Assembly (NCBI GenBank): GCA_964016885.1
Contig: OZ024742.1
Span: 236,220,001-236,284,000, forward strand
DNA from: Eledone cirrhosa
Lineage: Eukaryota
Direction of reading: 5' to 3'
DNA: 64,000 nucleotides
The notes beneath the pieces were generated by a model, which worked only from the letters and a program-made list of their open reading frames with translations, was not told the DNA's origin and did no database searches. Made by a program: the position numbers and the translations under genes. Numbering within the stretch: the stretch's first letter is position 1; every line of letters starts with the position of its first letter. Below, in pieces: positions 42,600-57,870 of this stretch.

Positions 42600-43410
42600 A
42601 TGTGCATCAGAAAATGCTGTTGTGATCGGGTTCAGAAAGTATTCTCTCCACCTTGCGAGGATGCACCTGAAGAGAGGAGAACTCCAGGCACATTCTTGAG
42701 AACAGGTGTGGAGGAGGACTTCTCATTACGAAGTCCGGTATTTTTTTTGTAGACCTCGAAAAGGCATATAACCGCGTTCCTCGGGACCTACTGTGAAAGG
42801 TTCTGCTGGAGTATGGGATCAATGTTCAGCTTTCTGTTGCCCTGATGTCTCTACGAATGCACGAGTATTTGTCTTCGGATAAATGGTGCTAAACCGAAAC
42901 CATTCAATATGGGAGTTGGATTCCACCAAGCGTGCGTACTGTCACCAATCCTGTTCATTATTTTCATGAACAGGATTGATATGCAAAGCTGGGATGGAAG
43001 TAGTATTACAACTAGTGGGTGTAAAGTCAGTTGGCTGGAATTTGCAGAATAAATGGAGTTCCACTGAAGCAGATAGAGAAGTTAAAGTATCTCGGGGCCG
43101 TTTTCAAGGGTGACGGAAGGCGGGAGGCTGAATTAAGTGCAAGAATTGCTGGAGCTGGTGCAGTAATGCGCAAGCTCCTAGAATTCAGTAATCACGGTAT
43201 CCGTGCCAACATTTGCTTATCTTGGGTAATGACCGACAAAATACGATCGCGAATACAAGCGGCCGAAATGGTGTCCTCCGAAGGGTCTTTGGAGTAACAT
43301 TACTAGATATAGATCACGGCTCCGATACTATGGACATGTCTCAGGAAAAGGTCGCTGGATAGATTTTACTGACAAAACCAATCTGCAGGAGACCCATGTG
43401 TAGACTTGGC
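42600..43410 (+). pseudogene. RTE-clade LINE RT remnant
   Basis: FVDLEKAYNRVPRDLL*KVLLEYGI, GFHQACVLSPILFIIFMNRI, LKQIEKLKYLGAVF; homologous to 48960-49700. Confidence 0.8.
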
Positions 43411-44215
43411 TTAGCTGTTTGTTCTTGTAGATTCGCTAGGACAATTTACACAAGGCTACATAAGCTGATCTTATTCTGATCTTATTCTGATTTCTCTTGG
43501 AATGTTGACTTCCAAGTTACGGAAAATGATCAATGTGCTCAAACGATGTGCCAGAAACGGTGTAATTAAAGTTTGGGATTGATGACCACAGAACTGATTT
43601 CTGTAATGACATGAATTAGATCAAAATGGCCGTAGAGGAGAAATACGACAACAAGGAAACATCCGACTTAATCAAGTAGGCCCTTTACCACATGTTCTAT
43701 ACAGCAATTGACCTCCTCAGTCATTAATGTCATCGACTTAGAGAAGCCAGTGAAATGAGGGGAAAGTAAATTATCTGATATGTGCAACAGTCAACGGAGA
43801 AAAACGACGAAGATCAGAATTTTATAATCAGTTTAAAGAAAGAAAAAAAAAAACAAAAACAAAAAACGGAAATTAGTCATAGAAAACAAAATAATCATAT
43901 TATGCAAAGAATGTGAAACGTAATCATGGTTGAAATCTAAATGATTTTAAATGCAAACAAATAAAACGTTTACATGGTTTATTCAGCAGACATATTCCGA
44001 TGTATGGATGTATTTTGGTATCGTTGCTGCTGGAGAATGGATTTGTGGGGAAATTTACTGGAAGTTAATTTTAACAAAAATAAACTTAGATAGATGTATA
44101 TATTTATTTACTTACTTATTTATTTGAATAATTAGATTAGTTTCTCATTCAAATACATTTCTTTCTTCCATCTGGACTGGTTTAATGACTTTGCTGTTGT
44201 GCCATATGCTTTGTG

Positions 44216-44319
<104 letters not shown>

Positions 44320-44439
44320 ATATATATATATATGTATGTATATATGTGTATATATATATATATACATATATTAATATGCCTTACAAGTTTAATATCCCTT
44401 ATATATATATATATATATATATATAAGGCATATTAAATT

Positions 44440-45112
44440 TGTTGGAAATTCCACAAATATAAATGTTTATAACTGATTCAGAGCACTCGACAGTTTTCTG
44501 GAGTAAATATTCAATGATATTAAATAAATGGAAACTATATTTATAAAACCATATTTATTCTATTATATATATTTCAAGGGTACCAAAAATGTTGGTACGC
44601 TTTCATCAGATAAAATACAAAGTGTGTTTTATAAATTTTGACATAGCCAAGGAAACATACCTTATCAGTTGAATTTACCCAAGGAAAATTCAACTGATAA
44701 GGTATGTTTCCTTGGCTATGTCAAAATTATGCTTTCATCAGATAAAATACAAAGTGTGTTTTATAAATTTTGACATAGCCAAGGAAACATACCTTATCAG
44801 TTGAATTTACCCAAGGAAAATTCAACTGATAAGGTATGTTTCCTTGGCTATGTCAAAATTATGCTTTCATCAGATAAAATACAAAGTGTGTTTTATAAAT
44901 TTTGACATAGCCAAGGAAACATACCTTATCAGTTGAATTTTCCTTGGGTAAATTCAACTGATAAGGTATGTTTCATTGGCTATGTCAAAATTTATAAAAC
45001 ACACTTTGTATTTTATCTGATGAAAGCGTACCAAAATTTTTGGTACCCTTGAAATATATATAATAGAATAAATATGGTTTTATAAATATAGTCTCCATTT
45101 ATTTAATATTAT
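44440..45112. mobile_element. Family C head-to-head pair with iterated fold-back centre (132-bp period)
   Basis: HHRs at 44556-44617 (-) and 45009-45070 (+); gctttcatcagataaaatac at 44599, 44731 and 44863. Confidence 0.85.
45009..45070 (+). ncRNA. Type I hammerhead, family C, intact core
   Basis: TATTTTAT CTGATGA AAG-C-GTACCAAAA/TTTTGGTAC-C-CTT GAAA TATATA TA ATAGAATA. Confidence 0.85.
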
Positions 45113-45114
45113 TG

Positions 45115-45151
<37 letters not shown>

Positions 45152-45366
45152 ATGGATATATATATATGTATATATGTATATATATTTATATATATATCTA
45201 TACATATATACATATATATATACATATTGTTATACTTTGGGAGGGTCATGTTGCCAATAAGAAACACACGCACCAGTTGCTTTCACTTCAATTTATTATA
45301 AATTTATAAATTTAGGAATTTATAAATTTCCGGTTGGTTCCACAACCAGATGATTGTTTATATATT

Positions 45367-45409
45367 GTCAAAGTTCTTTCGTCACACATTCTGTGACCTC
45401 TTCAGTGAC
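45367..45409 (-). ncRNA. Hammerhead, family J
   Basis: Reverse complement GTCA CTGAAGA GGTCACA GAATG TGTGAC GAAA GAAC TT TGAC. Confidence 0.7.
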
Positions 45410-45791
45410 TGGGGATTCTTTTCTTTGTTTGTTTTTGTGCCTCTCCTTTGTTCTGTCCTACGCCATCTTGTTTTTGTGTGTGTTGTGTGCTTAGTTTGCG
45501 CATGTGTTACATCCGGGTGTCTGTGTGTTTATATTTGTTTATTTATTTGTTTATTTATATGTTACTGGTTGGTTGTTTGTTCTATGTGCGTGTGTGTTTT
45601 CCTTTTGTCCTTAATTGTAAGGACAATTAAGGACAAAATGAAAACACATGACCAAAAGTTAAACAAGGTTCATTGATTAATCAATGAATATAGTTTTACA
45701 ATAGATTAGAAGCACTCAACAGTGAGTTTTCTGGAGTTATTAATATTAATTTAAAATATTAATAAATATAGACATTCACGTAATCAAAATA

Positions 45792-45858
45792 TATTTTATT
45801 ATATATATTTCGGAGGTACTGTGGTGTTTTTTTCAGTACGTCCTCATCAGATAAAATA
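45792..45858 (-). ncRNA. Type I hammerhead, diverged family C relative
   Basis: Reverse complement TATTTTAT CTGATGA GGA-C-GTACTG...CAGTAC-C-TCC GAAA TATATA TA ATAAAATA. Confidence 0.85.
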
Positions 45859-45912
45859 TATAAATTGATGTATGACATACCTCAACTGTGCTGATGGTTC
45901 AATTCCAGTCTT

Positions 45913-45961
<49 letters not shown>

Positions 45962-46049
45962 GCAAAGACCAAAATCCGAAGAGGGTTCGTTAAAGATTGT
46001 ATATATATATATATATAAATATATATAAACCCATCGAGCAAGTAATTGC

Positions 46050-46420
46050 TATTAGTACAGATTGAAGTTTAAGCAAAGAATTTCTGCTTTCACCCTATAC
46101 GGGATCTTCTGAAACTGAAACTGAGAAAAATAAATCTGTAGCCGCAGAAGTAAATATTTCAAAAACCGTCACGACCAAATATTGCCTTTAGAAAGCAGGA
46201 AAACATACTGGCGGTGTGTGAAGATATTCTCTCGCGATGGGCGAAATATCTGCAAGGATAATTATGTCATTATGTGGAGCGAGAACAACAAATTCTTACT
46301 ATGGAAAAACATTTCTGTTATGAAAATATCAGGAGACTAACATTCTTTTTAGAATAGCCGAATGATTTTCAGTGACCATGTATGGAAAAATGATGTTAAT
46401 AAAAGTAAAATGATAAAAAA
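46050..46420 (-). mobile_element. Diverged family B element (HHR at 46067-46115)
   Basis: Collinear with 28470-28925 (cgcagaagtaaatatttcaaaaa, tggagcg, ccgaatgatt). Confidence 0.7.
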
Positions 46421-47061
46421 AAAAAAAATGAAGGTTTTAATAGTAAAACTAATAATTGTTTCTACTTTAGGCAAAAGGCCAGAAATTAACCAGTGCATTA
46501 CTGGTACTTTATTTTATCGACCCCGTAAGGATGAAAGGCAAAGTCAACCTCGAGAAGAACATTAATAGCAATGTTATCGGATTTAGGCTCGTACATAAGT
46601 ATGAGCTGACCGGTGTGGATGCATGTGTAAACGAGGATATAGTGTATCAAAACATGTATACAATATACACGTGTATGTGTACACATATAAGCACACGTGC
46701 TTTTGCATGTACTTGCACAATTATATACATACACATACACATACATATACTCGCGCTCATATGCATATAATATACACACGCGTGTGCATATACGTATATA
46801 CACAGGCATAAATATTCAATACACGCATGCACACACATACATATGCACACACTTACTTACAAATAATATGCATATATATACATATATAATTTAATTTTAG
46901 GCTTAATCAATACATATAAAATATATATCAATAATGTTTCTCAGTAAAAAGCTCAATAAATTCGGTTCAGAGCATCTACAGTATAATATATTTATAAACG
47001 ATATATACATGGATATATCAAGTGAGAAACAAATTAGTATTTTGTACATATATATAAGTGG

Positions 47062-47340
47062 AGGCAGGTGGTCTAGTGGTAAGAGTGTTGGACTTACGAT
47101 CATAATGTCGTGGGTTCGATTCCTGGGTTGCGTGTTGTGTTCGTGAGCAAAACACTTCATTTCACGTTGCTCCAGTATACTCAGCTGACAATGAGTACAA
47201 ACAATAACTGGAGGTTTAACCCTGCGATGGACTGGCGTCCTGTCCAGGGGGAGACTTGTACTCTCAGTAGCTTCACGCCATGAAACCGGGATAAGCACCG
47301 GCCAAATGAGCCTTCTGGCTTAAGACAGACTTTAGACTTT
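47062..47340 (+). mobile_element. SINE family 2, full length
   Basis: A box TGGTCTAGTGG, B box GGTTCGATTCC, core accctgcgatggactggcgtcctgtccagggg, tail (agacttt)2. Confidence 0.8.
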
Positions 47341-47699
47341 TTAGACATATAAATATAGCAAATGATAAGTAGATTTAAATGCAAACTTAAACGGTGCTGT
47401 ACTTTCATAAATATTATGCTTGCATAGACAGAACTGTTTCAAACAATCAGAGAAATAGATAGTTCACCATTGATTGCAGTAATTAGTATCGATCACTAAT
47501 CATCGACTTTTGGAAAACATCATTAAGACCATGATTTATGTAAGTACAGCACAATGTTTAAATTTACATGCATCTACACACATATATATATATATACACG
47601 TAATACATACTCATACACATACATATGTATATACACATACATACACACATGTTGGCATCGACTACCTGACAAGGAAAAGAGTGATTGGAATGAAGGTCG

Positions 47700-49945
47700 A
47701 TCCCGGTCTAAATATGAATGGAGAGGCATTATTAGATATCTGTTCTAGCAATGGACTCTCTATTATGAACACCTTCCAACACACGGACATCCATAAATAT
47801 ATATGGCATAACGGGAATAAGAGACAGAGATCAATAATTGATGTTGTTATTGTATCTGATCTCTTCGATTCTGTCCTGGATGTTCGTATTAAGTGAGGGG
47901 CTGAGCTATCAACTGATCACTATCTAGTTATCTGCAACTCTAGACTACCTAAAGCCAAAGAAGCCTTAAAACTGGTAGATCCAGGTTGACCTAAATGATA
48001 AGAGGGAAGCGTTAGTAGATAAGGAAGTCAGGACTAGATATGTGGATACTATTGTATCCAAATTCAGAGAACTCCCTGAACAAACTGAGAATGTTGAAAC
48101 AGTGGAGATTATTCAACTGAACAGTTTCTGCTTTAACTGTTAAATGCTGCTGGAGAAAATGGCTTGGTGTGGCACTGGATGTCAGGAGGACCCCTTGGTT
48201 CAATCAAGAGGTTAAATATGCTATCCGAGCAAAGAATGAGCCTACAAAGCTTGGCTTGGAAATAAGTCCTCCTTCATGCATTTGCGGTACAAGCAGGCAA
48301 GAAGAATCGCGGAAGAAACAGTAACAGCACCCAAGGTTAAGACATGGGAGGACTTTGGAGTTAAGCTAGAATCCGACTTCAGATCAGCAAATAAAGTGTT
48401 CTGGCAGACCATCCACCGTTTTCATAATAAGAGGTCCTCCTCCACACCTGCTAAGGGATGTGTCAGGGGTTCTCCTCTCTTCAGAGAGTTGCATCCCTGT
48501 GACGTGTAGAGAATACTTTACTGATTTTCTAAAGCCGAACAAAACAGCAACTTCGGATGTACACGAGGTGCATCTGGGTGCGAATACAAGAGCAATTACA
48601 GACCTCAAATGTGGCAATGCAGGCTGGGGAGGATGACCAGAAGTTAAAAGTCTTAAACAGAGAAGGTATTCACTGGTTGACACGTGTGTGCCAGGTGGCC
48701 GAGATATTTGGAAAGGTACCTGAGCAATCACAATTGGGATAGATAATACCAATTTTCCCAAAGTGAGACAAGAGAGATTGCTCCTATTATAGAAGGATCT
48801 CCTTGTTAAGCCTCCCCGGAAAAGTCTTCACTAAGTGTCTGGCAAACAGATGTAGAGAGTTTGTCGCTTCTAAGTTAGCTGATGAACAGTGTGACTTTCG
48901 CTCCAGACTCAGCACAACCGGCAGGTCTTTGAGAAATCTTGGAAGTACAGTCAAGAAGTGTATTCTAGGCTTGTAAACCTCGAAAAGGCGTATAACCGCG
49001 CTACACGGGACCTGCTTTGGAATGTTCGTATGGATGGTCTTCCATGCAAGGAGTATGGGATCGATGGTCAGCTTCTTGTTGCTCTGATGCCTCTATACGA
49101 ATACCCTATTATTTGTGTTCGGATAAATGATACTGGTTGGAAGTGGTATCACACCTGGCAAGTGTAGAATCAGTAGAAGGTGATTTCCGACTTGCGCTTG
49201 ATAGGTTTGATTCTCAGTGCTGCATTGCTGGAATGAAAATCAGTGCTGTGAAAACTGAGAAACTCGTCCTTTCAAGAAAGCCAGTGCAGTGCACTCTACG
49301 TGTGAATGGAGTTCTACTGAAGCAGGTAGAGGAGTTAAAGTATCTCGAGGCCGCGATCATGAGTGATGGAAGAAGTTGAACTAAGTGTAAGAATTGCAGG
49401 AGCTGGTGCTGTAATACGACAGCTTCAGAAGAAGGGTGTTAGGTGAAAAAGCCAAACTCGCTATCTTCAATTCGGTATTCGTGCCAATCCTTACCTATGG
49501 TCATGAATCGTGAATATAAGCGGTCGTAATTGGGTTAGTCCGAAGTGTCTTTGGAGTAATGTTGCTTCAGGGAGAGCCACAACGCCTCCGAATTGGGAGA
49601 TCACAACAATAATACTACAGATTTGTTATTAGAATGTCTCTGGAAAGAATCACTGGACACAGTTTAGGGACAAAAAAAAAAACTGGCAGGAGACCCAGTG
49701 GTAGACTCCAAGCAGGATGGTTGGATAACATCCATAAGCTTGGCTAGTCTCGCTTGGGGATCCAGCTGGATCAGTTGGAAACGATTGCTTCTGACAGGAC
49801 CCACTGGAAGGGGTGTTTGAGGACTCTGCCTCCATGATCCTCTTGTGTATCCACAACCATCCAAAGAAGAAGAAGAAGAAGAAGAAGAAGAAGAAGAAGA
49901 AGAAGAAGAAGAAGAAGAAGAAGAAGAAGAAGAAGAAGAAGAAGA
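47700..49945 (+). pseudogene. Decayed RTE-clade LINE (APE endonuclease + RT) with (GAA)n tail
   Basis: NGEALLDICSSNGLSIMNTF..RSIIDVVIVSD..GAELSTDHYLV; YRRISLLSLPGKVF; NLEKAYNR; GMKISAVKTE; tail 49864-49945; 3' fragment also at ~63830-63985. Confidence 0.9.
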
Positions 49946-50383
49946 GTCGATCCCGGAACCATGTGGATATGAAGCGAATTCCTTAAACCATATAGTATGC
50001 ATTTACCCATGTCATATGAACGAGTAATTTTAATGCACTCAATTGGCTAAACAGTTGTATTACTTAGTTACTACTCTCTGACTCTCTAACAAGATAGCCT
50101 AGTTGGTTGTAATGTCAGCGCCGATCCTGAGTCTGATAAGTGACAAAAGAATATACAGAAATAGTTTGGATATCGAGGCATTACTGTCACTCAATCAATC
50201 AATAAGTTTCTTCACAATCGCTGTTATTAACAAACATAAACATTAGTTTGTGCTATGTTTTAAAACAAAGCACGCAGAAAGTCCGTAAATCTTAATGTGA
50301 GATCTCCCTGATAAGGCAATTCCTCTGTGACATCGATATTGATATGGATATATGAATATAAAAGAGCACAGAACGGGGGATCA

Positions 50384-50428
<45 letters not shown>

Positions 50429-50533
50429 GGAACTCCACGTGACAACACAACAATTAGTACGGAAATATGATAACGTAGAAATAATGCATTATTGAATATA
50501 TTAGAACGTCATTTAGACACGCACGCACACACA

Positions 50534-50585
<52 letters not shown>

Positions 50586-50672
50586 CACACACGCGCGCAC
50601 GCACACGCACACGCACACGCGCACACGCGCACACGCGCACACGCGCACACCCGCACACACACACACACACAC

Positions 50673-50764
<92 letters not shown>

Positions 50765-51044
50765 GGAAGATGGGATGCGGAGGAAAATATAACAAAAACG
50801 AAAACTAAAAAACACATGATATATCACCATCGAACCGTTGATGTACAAAGGAACGTTTGAAATAAGGGAGGTAACTCCCGTTAAAATAATTGAAAAGCAA
50901 TGTAATGTGAATTCTTTATATTTAATACCGTATTTTATGAACGATATTTAAAGGATCCCAAACGCGCAATCAACACATAAATCCAATGTAATGGAAGAAA
51001 GATGAAGGGAGAGAGGGCGCGGCGTCGGTGAGAGAACTATAGTT

Positions 51045-51128
<84 letters not shown>

Positions 51129-51187
51129 TTATTAAAATAACAGATTAAAGTTTAAGTAAAGAATCGCTGCTTTCACAAAATTATTAT

Positions 51188-51248
<61 letters not shown>

Positions 51249-51252
<4 letters not shown>

Positions 51253-51440
51253 AAAAGAGTCAAGACCACGACGGCTGAGCTCCAGCCGTTTCGACTACTA
51301 GGTTTGAAACGGCTGAACTGCGGCCGTTTCGACTGCTGTCGGGGTCTTGACTCTTTCCTATTACCCATTCTACTACCCTAAGTATCCAGTACTCTGGTGC
51401 CTTATTGTCCACCTGGTTCCTTACCACACTTCCTTCATTA
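51249..51440. mobile_element. Family R head-to-head pair (short arm -, long arm +)
   Basis: (TA)taggaaaagagtcaagacc...gtttcg ... GAAAcggctg...gtcggggtcttgactctttccta...ccttcatta(TA). Confidence 0.75.
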
Positions 51441-51454
51441 TATATATATATATT

Positions 51455-51735
51455 TAATGTATAATAAACAATACATTATAATTACCTCATTACCAGAGGT
51501 TTCCCGAATAAGACGAATACAAGAAACGTCCGCATTCGTTCATCAGAAAAGGCAATTTAAAACATAGTGAAATATTTGAAAAATCTACTCAAGAAAGGCC
51601 AAGATTTTTCAAATATTTCACTGTTTTAAATTGCCTTGTCTGATGAACGAATGTGGACATTTCTTGTATTCGTCTTATTCGGGAAACCTCTGGTAATGAG
51701 GTAATTATACTGTATTGTTTATTATACATTAAATA
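51455..51735. ncRNA. Family M inverted pair with hammerheads at 51482-51555 (-) and 51631-51704 (+)
   Basis: TTGCCTTGT CTGATGA A CGAAT...ATTCG G GAAA CC TCT GG TA ATGAGGTAA. Confidence 0.7.
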
Positions 51736-51809
51736 GTTAGCTCTGTAACTTACATAGAGCACTCTTCATTCCTCTGACTTTTTCAATTTTCAACGGAAAC
51801 TTCAATACT

Positions 51810-51931
<122 letters not shown>

Positions 51932-51947
51932 ATATATTATATATGTA

Positions 51948-51981
<34 letters not shown>

Positions 51982-52303
51982 CAATGATATTAATAAATGG
52001 AAACTATATTTATACCAGGGGACAAGTCCCCCATCCCACTTTTTCAAACGTCTATGTCTTATTCTTTGTTTATTTGAAATAAATTCTTTTTAACCTTATT
52101 TTCTTTATATCTGAACTTCATTTAAATATATAAAATTTCATTAGCGTAAAATGTTACTTATGTGATAGGGTCCGGGAAAGACACCATAAGCAATTCATGC
52201 TCCTTTAAGAATCAACAAATGTTGGTTTGTCCCCTTCACATTTTTAAGGCAAACGAGGCCCCTGAATATATATATATATCTTTTTTTTCCATTACCATTA
52301 CAA

Positions 52304-52390
52304 GGCGTCTGATGAGCCGCGGTTTACAGAGTCGGGTCAGATCGATACAGATCGAACCTTGAGCTGATCAGTGGCGAAACGCGCGTCACC
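52304..52390 (+). ncRNA. Hammerhead, family N (3' half also at ~39169-39200 -)
   Basis: CTGATGA GCCGC...GTGGC GAAA CGCGCG TC ACC; palindromic ACGCGCGT. Confidence 0.7.
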
Positions 52391-52439
52391 AACCAATAAA
52401 TGTAATGAAGGAGTAACCAATCGTCCTTGTTATTTTATT

Positions 52440-52496
<57 letters not shown>

Positions 52497-52500
<4 letters not shown>

Positions 52501-54423
52501 TATGAAGAGAGAAGAAACATTTAGATATAATTAGTAATAAAATGTATCATACCTAAACTGCTCCTAAATTCCTCGACTACGTAGTTTCGTGGCATAAACA
52601 AAAACAATATATCAAAGATATAGAGTCCTTGCGAGGTCTGCCGACTTATCAAGAGGATACCTCATTTTACTAGTCTCAAGAACGCGTCTACACGACGTGA
52701 GAAAGAATCCCAAAAGGCGGAGGGGGAGATAGTCACGCGATATAACGGTCGAGAAACAGAGCTAAGCCTCTTATAACCACGAAGAAAATACCACGGAGGC
52801 GGAGGGGGTATTCATATCGAGGCCGTAGAAGAGGTAGTGAAGAAGGCGAGAAGTATGAGTAATGGAAGCTTTCCAGTTGTCCCCACACTTCAAAGATTGC
52901 TCGACCAGAGGGAGTTATTAATATATTTAGAAACACACAGATACATGCGGACACACACATATATACATGAATGCATCCGCACCCAACTGTGAGTTAAGGG
53001 TGCCGACTTCACCGATGTTGCTCAATGAATGACTGGGACAGACCAATTCAGTTGAACCAGACTGAACCAGTATCAGAGTTAAAAATACATTATGAAGAGA
53101 GAAGAAACATTTAGATATAATTAGTAATAAAATGTATCATACCTAAACTGCTCCTAAATTCTTCGACTACGTAGTTTCGTGGCATAAACAAAAACAATAT
53201 ATCAAAGATATAGAGTCCTTGCGAGGTCTGCCGACTTATCAAGAGGATACCTCATTTTACTAGTCTCAAGAACGCGTCTACACGACGTGAGAAAGAATCC
53301 CAAAAGGCGGAGGGGGAGATAGTCACGCGATATAACGGTCGAGAAACAGAGCTAAGCCTCTTATAACCACGAAGAAAATACCACGGAGGCGGAGGGGGTA
53401 TTCATATCGAGGCCGTAGAAGAGGTAGTGAAGAAGGCGAGAAGTATGAGTAATGGAAGCTTTCCAGTTGTCCCCACACTTCAAAGATTGCTCGACCAGAG
53501 GGAGTTATTAATATATTTAGAAACACACAGATACATGCGGACACACACATATATACATGAATGCATCCGCACCCAACTGTGAGTTAAGGGTGCCGACTTC
53601 ACCGATGTTGCTCAATGAATGACTGGGACAGACCAATTCAGTTGAACCAGACTGAACCAGTATCAGAGTTAAAAATACATTATGAAGAGAGAAGAAACAT
53701 TTAGATATAATTAGTAATAAAATGTATCATACCTAAACTGCTCCTAAATTCTTCGACTACGTAGTTTCGTGGCATAAACAAAAACAATATATCAAAGATA
53801 TAGAGTCCTTGCGAGGTCTGCCGACTTATCAAGAGGATACCTCAACTCCCTCTGGTCGAGCAATCTTTGAAGTGTGGGGACAACTGGAAAGCTTCCATTA
53901 CTCATACTTCTCGCCTTCTTCACTACCTCTTCTACGGCCTCGATATGAATACCCCCTCCGCCTCCGTGGTATTTTCTTCGTGGTTATAAGAGGCTTAGCT
54001 CTGTTTCTCGACCGTTATATCGCGTGACTATCTCCCCCTCCGCCTTTTGGGATTCTTTCTCACGTCGTGTAGACGCGTTCTTGAGACTAGTAAAATGAGG
54101 TATCCTCTTGATAAGTCGGCAGACCTCGCAAGGACTCTATATCTTTGATATATTGTTTTTGTTTATGCCACGAAACTACGTAGTCGAGGAATTTAGGAGC
54201 AGTTTAGGTATGATACATTTTATTACTAATTATATCTAAATGTTTCTTCTCTCTTCATAATGTATTTTTAACTCTGATACTGGTTCAGTCTGGTTCAACT
54301 GAATTGGTCTGTCCCAGTCATTCATTGAGCAACATCGGTGAAGTCGGCACCCTTAACTCACAGTTGGGTGCGGATGCATTCATATATATATGTGTGTGTC
54401 CGCATGTATCTGTGTGTTTCTAA

Positions 54424-54430
<7 letters not shown>
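52497..54430. mobile_element. Family D retrozyme-like locus 2: ~2.3 head-to-tail 590-bp units on - (52497-53843) fused to one monomer on + (53844-54430)
   Basis: attatgaagagagaag at 52499, 53089 and 53679; HHRs at 52570-52657, 53160-53247, 53750-53837 (-) and 54103-54190 (+). Confidence 0.9.
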
Positions 54431-54490
<60 letters not shown>

Positions 54491-54551
54491 AAATAAGACA
54501 TCTTATTTTATTATTTTTATAAAATTCTCCATCGTAACTAAAACAACGAAC

Positions 54552-54622
<71 letters not shown>

Positions 54623-54649
54623 TTCATTTTATAAAGGCTAAATAGTGAG

Positions 54650-54699
54650 TCTTGTTACTCTGGGGTTTCGCCTGTTTATCACAGGGTCATCAGACAAGA
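54650..54699 (-). ncRNA. Hammerhead, family O (deleted partner at 57664-57700 +)
   Basis: Reverse complement TCTTGT CTGATGA C CCTGT GATAA ACAGG C GAAA CCCCAGAG TA ACAAGA. Confidence 0.75.
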
Positions 54700-55053
54700 A
54701 CTAACGTTTCAATATCAGATACAATGTAAATAAAGGAAGACTGAAGGAGGGGGAGGGGGCATTTAGTTGAGAAAGAGTAATTAAGCTATGGTGGGCAGGG
54801 TAGTGGTAGTAGTAGGGGTGGATAAGGCAGTGTGAAAGAATGGGATTGTGGGTGGTAGTGTCCATAGCCATAGTATTTTAACTGGTCAGGTGATGAATGT
54901 GAACGTATGTGTATAGGTGGGGTGGTGGTGAAAAGAGTGGTGGGATTGGTAAGATAAAGTGGTGGATGGGTGGAATATAGATATTTATATAATTACACTT
55001 GTACATAAATATACATAAGCACAAACATATCTACACATGCATAAAGCTAAATC

Positions 55054-56921
<1,868 letters not shown>

Positions 56922-57804
56922 GCACAAGCACAACTTATACATATAAAACACATATATGTTGGCAACCACTGTTAATCCCTAAACCTCACTAACTATGGGT
57001 AACCCAGCAATCTGTTTCGTATATTTTACCACTCTTATGTCATATGCCATACATTATACTCTATAATTCTATGAACCCCACCGTCCTTAAATTCTTCTAA
57101 TCCTTACTCCATATTATATTTTTGTTTTTAATTTTAATTCTTATCTTTTCTAATATTTAATTTCTTTTCTTCTATTTTGTCATTTCTGTCATCTTTCCAA
57201 TTGGACGGTGGGATTGTCAGTATCAGTAGAGCTACGGACGCCATGCTTTGCCGCATAGAGTTACGGCCCTATACGGTCTGAGTTCTAATCCCGCCAAGGT
57301 TAATTTTGCCTTTCATCCTTACGAAGTCGATAAAATAAATCACCACCAATGCACTGGGAGGCAATTGCTGGCCTTGTGCCAAAAGTAGAAACAATTCTAT
57401 TATAATTTATAGATTTTTTTTAGTTAATTCTTCAACTTTTCATTTTTCCATTTTCATTTTTCATTTTTTTCATTTTTTTCATTTTTTTCCATTTTCTTTT
57501 ACTTACTTTATTCCACATATTTTATATCACCTTTTACCACCTTCTTCTTTCACACAGCCCTATCCTACCCCACTGCCACCACCAACATGTCCACTCTATC
57601 TTAATTAACCTTTCTCAATTAAATCCACACCCCCACCTCTAGTCTTCCTTATTTGTACTGTGTTTGTCTGATAAACAAGCGAAACTCCAGAGTAACAAGA
57701 CTCACTATTTACTCTTAATAAAATGAATAATAAAACTCTACTTCAGTATTGAGTACTCTTTTCTCTTAGCCGTCAACCACATACGAATAATATATATATA
57801 TATA

Positions 57805-57865
<61 letters not shown>

Positions 57866-57870
<5 letters not shown>

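Noticed and set aside
52497-54430. Inverted and tandem structures as amplification or assembly chimeras
   Set aside because: Arms differ at scattered positions, polarity is consistent across families and ends coincide with element boundaries. Long reads are needed to exclude this fully.
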